Shown here in pieces: positions 61,959-64,000 of a stretch of DNA of 64,000 bases. The stretch is taken from contig MU008169.1 of assembly GCA_010909165.1 (NCBI GenBank), positions 248,001 to 312,000 of the forward strand, in the 5' to 3' direction. The position numbers and the translations under genes are program-made. Position 1 is the stretch's first letter; each line of letters begins with the position of its first letter. Source of the stretch: Anthoceros angustus (lineage: Eukaryota; Plantae; Anthocerotophyta). The notes beneath the pieces were generated by a model that was not told the DNA's origin, searched no databases, and saw only the letters and a list, made by a program, of their open reading frames with translations.

Positions 61959-64000
61959 ATGGCTGATGACTGGGGCGATGCCGATTACTCCTTCAACGAC
62001 TCAGACGGCGACCTCAACGATGAGGAAGAAGACTTGGGTTTGGTCACCAATTCAGATTCCCGGAAAAAGGTGAGGTTCATTCCATGTCGTTAACTGTACA
62101 GACAAGTCTATTAGGCTAGCCTTAGGCACCCCATTGTACATATGTTAGCTTTCAATTTTGACTGGTTTCCGACAGGCTGGTGATGTGAAATGCCTGAAAT
62201 TGCGAGCGTGCTCCGTCCTGCACCCTCAATTATTGTTCTTTATTTTGTCCTTTGAGAAACGATTGCGGGGACTCTGCTAAAATTTGATCTTGCTTAAATA
62301 GTGCGTGTACTCACGGATTGGCAATGTTGCGTGCTTTCAGGTCATCACCAAAGCTTCCTTGCTTGCTGCTCAGGTACTTTTCCAGACAAATGTTGGCCGT
62401 TTCAGTTTTTCTCCATGCTCGTATAACTGTATTCCCAGCAGGAGAGTTCAGTTAAGTGTCAGCTTCAGAGTGTATACTTGCGGAGCGATGGGATAGTGGT
62501 CCAGGGATTCACTACGTTCGTCTGGTTGGCTGAGCAGAGTGGCGATCTGAAGAAAGTGGTTGATGTGCTGGGCATAAAGCTTCACCATGCACGAACTCTA
62601 CTTATCCACCATCGGTGGAACGTGGAGTCCTTGTTTGGGACGCTGGCAGACTATGGTGAAGACGGACTATTTCTGCAAGCTGGGCTGCCCCCACGTGCAC
62701 GGATGAACACAACTCGCACAAGTTCCACTTCAGCAGATGTCTTGGGAGCACTTTTTGAGTGTGGGACTTGCCTGGAAGAGGTTTCGCGTACAGAGACATC
62801 GGCGATGGATTGTGGTCACCGTTTCTGCAATGAGTGTACGTGGCACTTGTAACCATGCACTTCATTGTCAGTCACTGTTTTGTAGCTTGAGCGCTGCCCG
62901 AATGTACCTCTTTGTTAAAGACAATTACAGGGCCTGGATTTTGCGCTTGCTTATGTGATTCCCGGAGTTCTGACGGTTCTGCTCAAATGTCATTTGTTCA
63001 GGTTGGACAACTTATTTTTTAGTGAAGATTAGGGATGGTGAAAGCAGACGTGTCACCTGTATGGAACCTCGGTGTAATGCCAGATGTGATGAGGACAAGG
63101 TGCGCCAGTTCGTGGGTGCAAGCCATCCTGAAATGTTGGAGCGATATGATCGCTGTCTCTTGGAATCTTACATTGAAGACAATGCGAAAGTGAAGTGGTG
63201 TCCTAGCATCCCGCACTGTGGAAACGCTATTAGGGTTGAAGATGAACCGTATTGCGAGATTGAGTGCATTTGTGGGCACCAGTTTTGTTTCAATTGTACG
63301 GCAGAGCCACACTCTCCATGCTCTTGTGTCATGTGGGACCTATGGGTCAAGAAGTGCGAGAAGGAGTCAGGGAGGGAGACCTGGCTCGCGATCTTCTCTA
63401 AGCCATGTCCTAAATGTAAGAAACCTGTGGAAAAGAATGGTGGCTGTAACTGGGTGGGTTGCGTCTGCGGCCAGGCTTTCTGGTAAGACATTTCTTCCTT
63501 CTTAAGACTCTTTCACACTAAAAAATGCATGCATGCTGGGTATGCACCGTTTCTAAGCATGCTGGTCGTATGCTTCAGGAAGAGCTGTTTTTGCTAAGAG
63601 AAATGCTTCAGTAAAGCCATCTTTGTGTTGTTGTTTGGCATTACAACCTTTATCTGTCAAGTCATGGAACATGTACAGAGTGTGTTTTATGCTCTTGAGG
63701 AGTGGTTATCTCACGGGGCTGACGACGTTGCATCTTTGTTAGCTGGTTATGCGGTGCTGCAACCGGTCGGCGGCACGGGTTGGATGCAATCGACGGTCAC
63801 ACTTGTGAGAGGTTCGACGACCACAGAGGACGGGAGGGAGAAACTTGGCAGCGGGACTTCAAGCGCTACACGTACTACCTCTCGCGCAGGATGGGCCATG
63901 AAGATTCCCTGAAGTTAGAGGATAAGCAACGTATGGATCTTCAGAGCAAAATGACAACATTGGAAACCCGTAAATCCAATGTCAAGGGCTACAATTGGCT
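61959..64000 (+). CDS. ARI: ARIADNE RBR E3 ubiquitin ligase, copy 3; intact as far as seen, runs off the window
   Basis: Exons 61959-62069, 62341-62373, 62538-62835, 63002-63482 and 63743-beyond 64000. Same exon sizes and phases as copy 2, with no stop or frameshift. Confidence 0.9.

Overview
Eukaryotic nuclear DNA, most likely from a non-seed land plant. This is an inference from GT-AG introns, plant ARI1/2-type and PANK2 genes, PLS-type PPR fragments and En/Spm elements; the species cannot be determined here. The left ~36 kb is a nest of transposons. A Copia 5' LTR and PBS (~908-1089) and a Copia gag/protease/RNaseH tail, PPT and 3' LTR (34897-36338) bracket a MULE-like remnant, a complete CCCTA-ended En/Spm element (2626-14844, AAA TSD) and a second CACTA element (right end 33922). 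The Tnp2 gene of that second element is split by a third CACTA element (17027-25984, AGA TSD), which has captured an intron-containing fragment of the host pantothenate kinase 2 gene (the DUF89 phosphatase half): a Pack-CACTA. The right ~28 kb is an ARIADNE (RBR E3 ligase) cluster: two tandem minus-strand genes, each convergent with a PPR pseudogene, and a third plus-strand gene head-to-head with the second. The ~17 kb between genes 2 and 3 is built only from ARI 5' fragments, ARI promoter copies and a CACTA ORF2 remnant in alternating orientations. It includes an inverted triplication whose turn-arounds sit on pre-existing 11-bp hairpins, ~100-bp fold-backs of RING1 coding sequence, and an in-frame 54-bp minisatellite. 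Many duplicated copies differ by small indels, so read or assembly artefact must be excluded for several structures. No bacterial system, CRISPR array, tRNA or rRNA gene was found.
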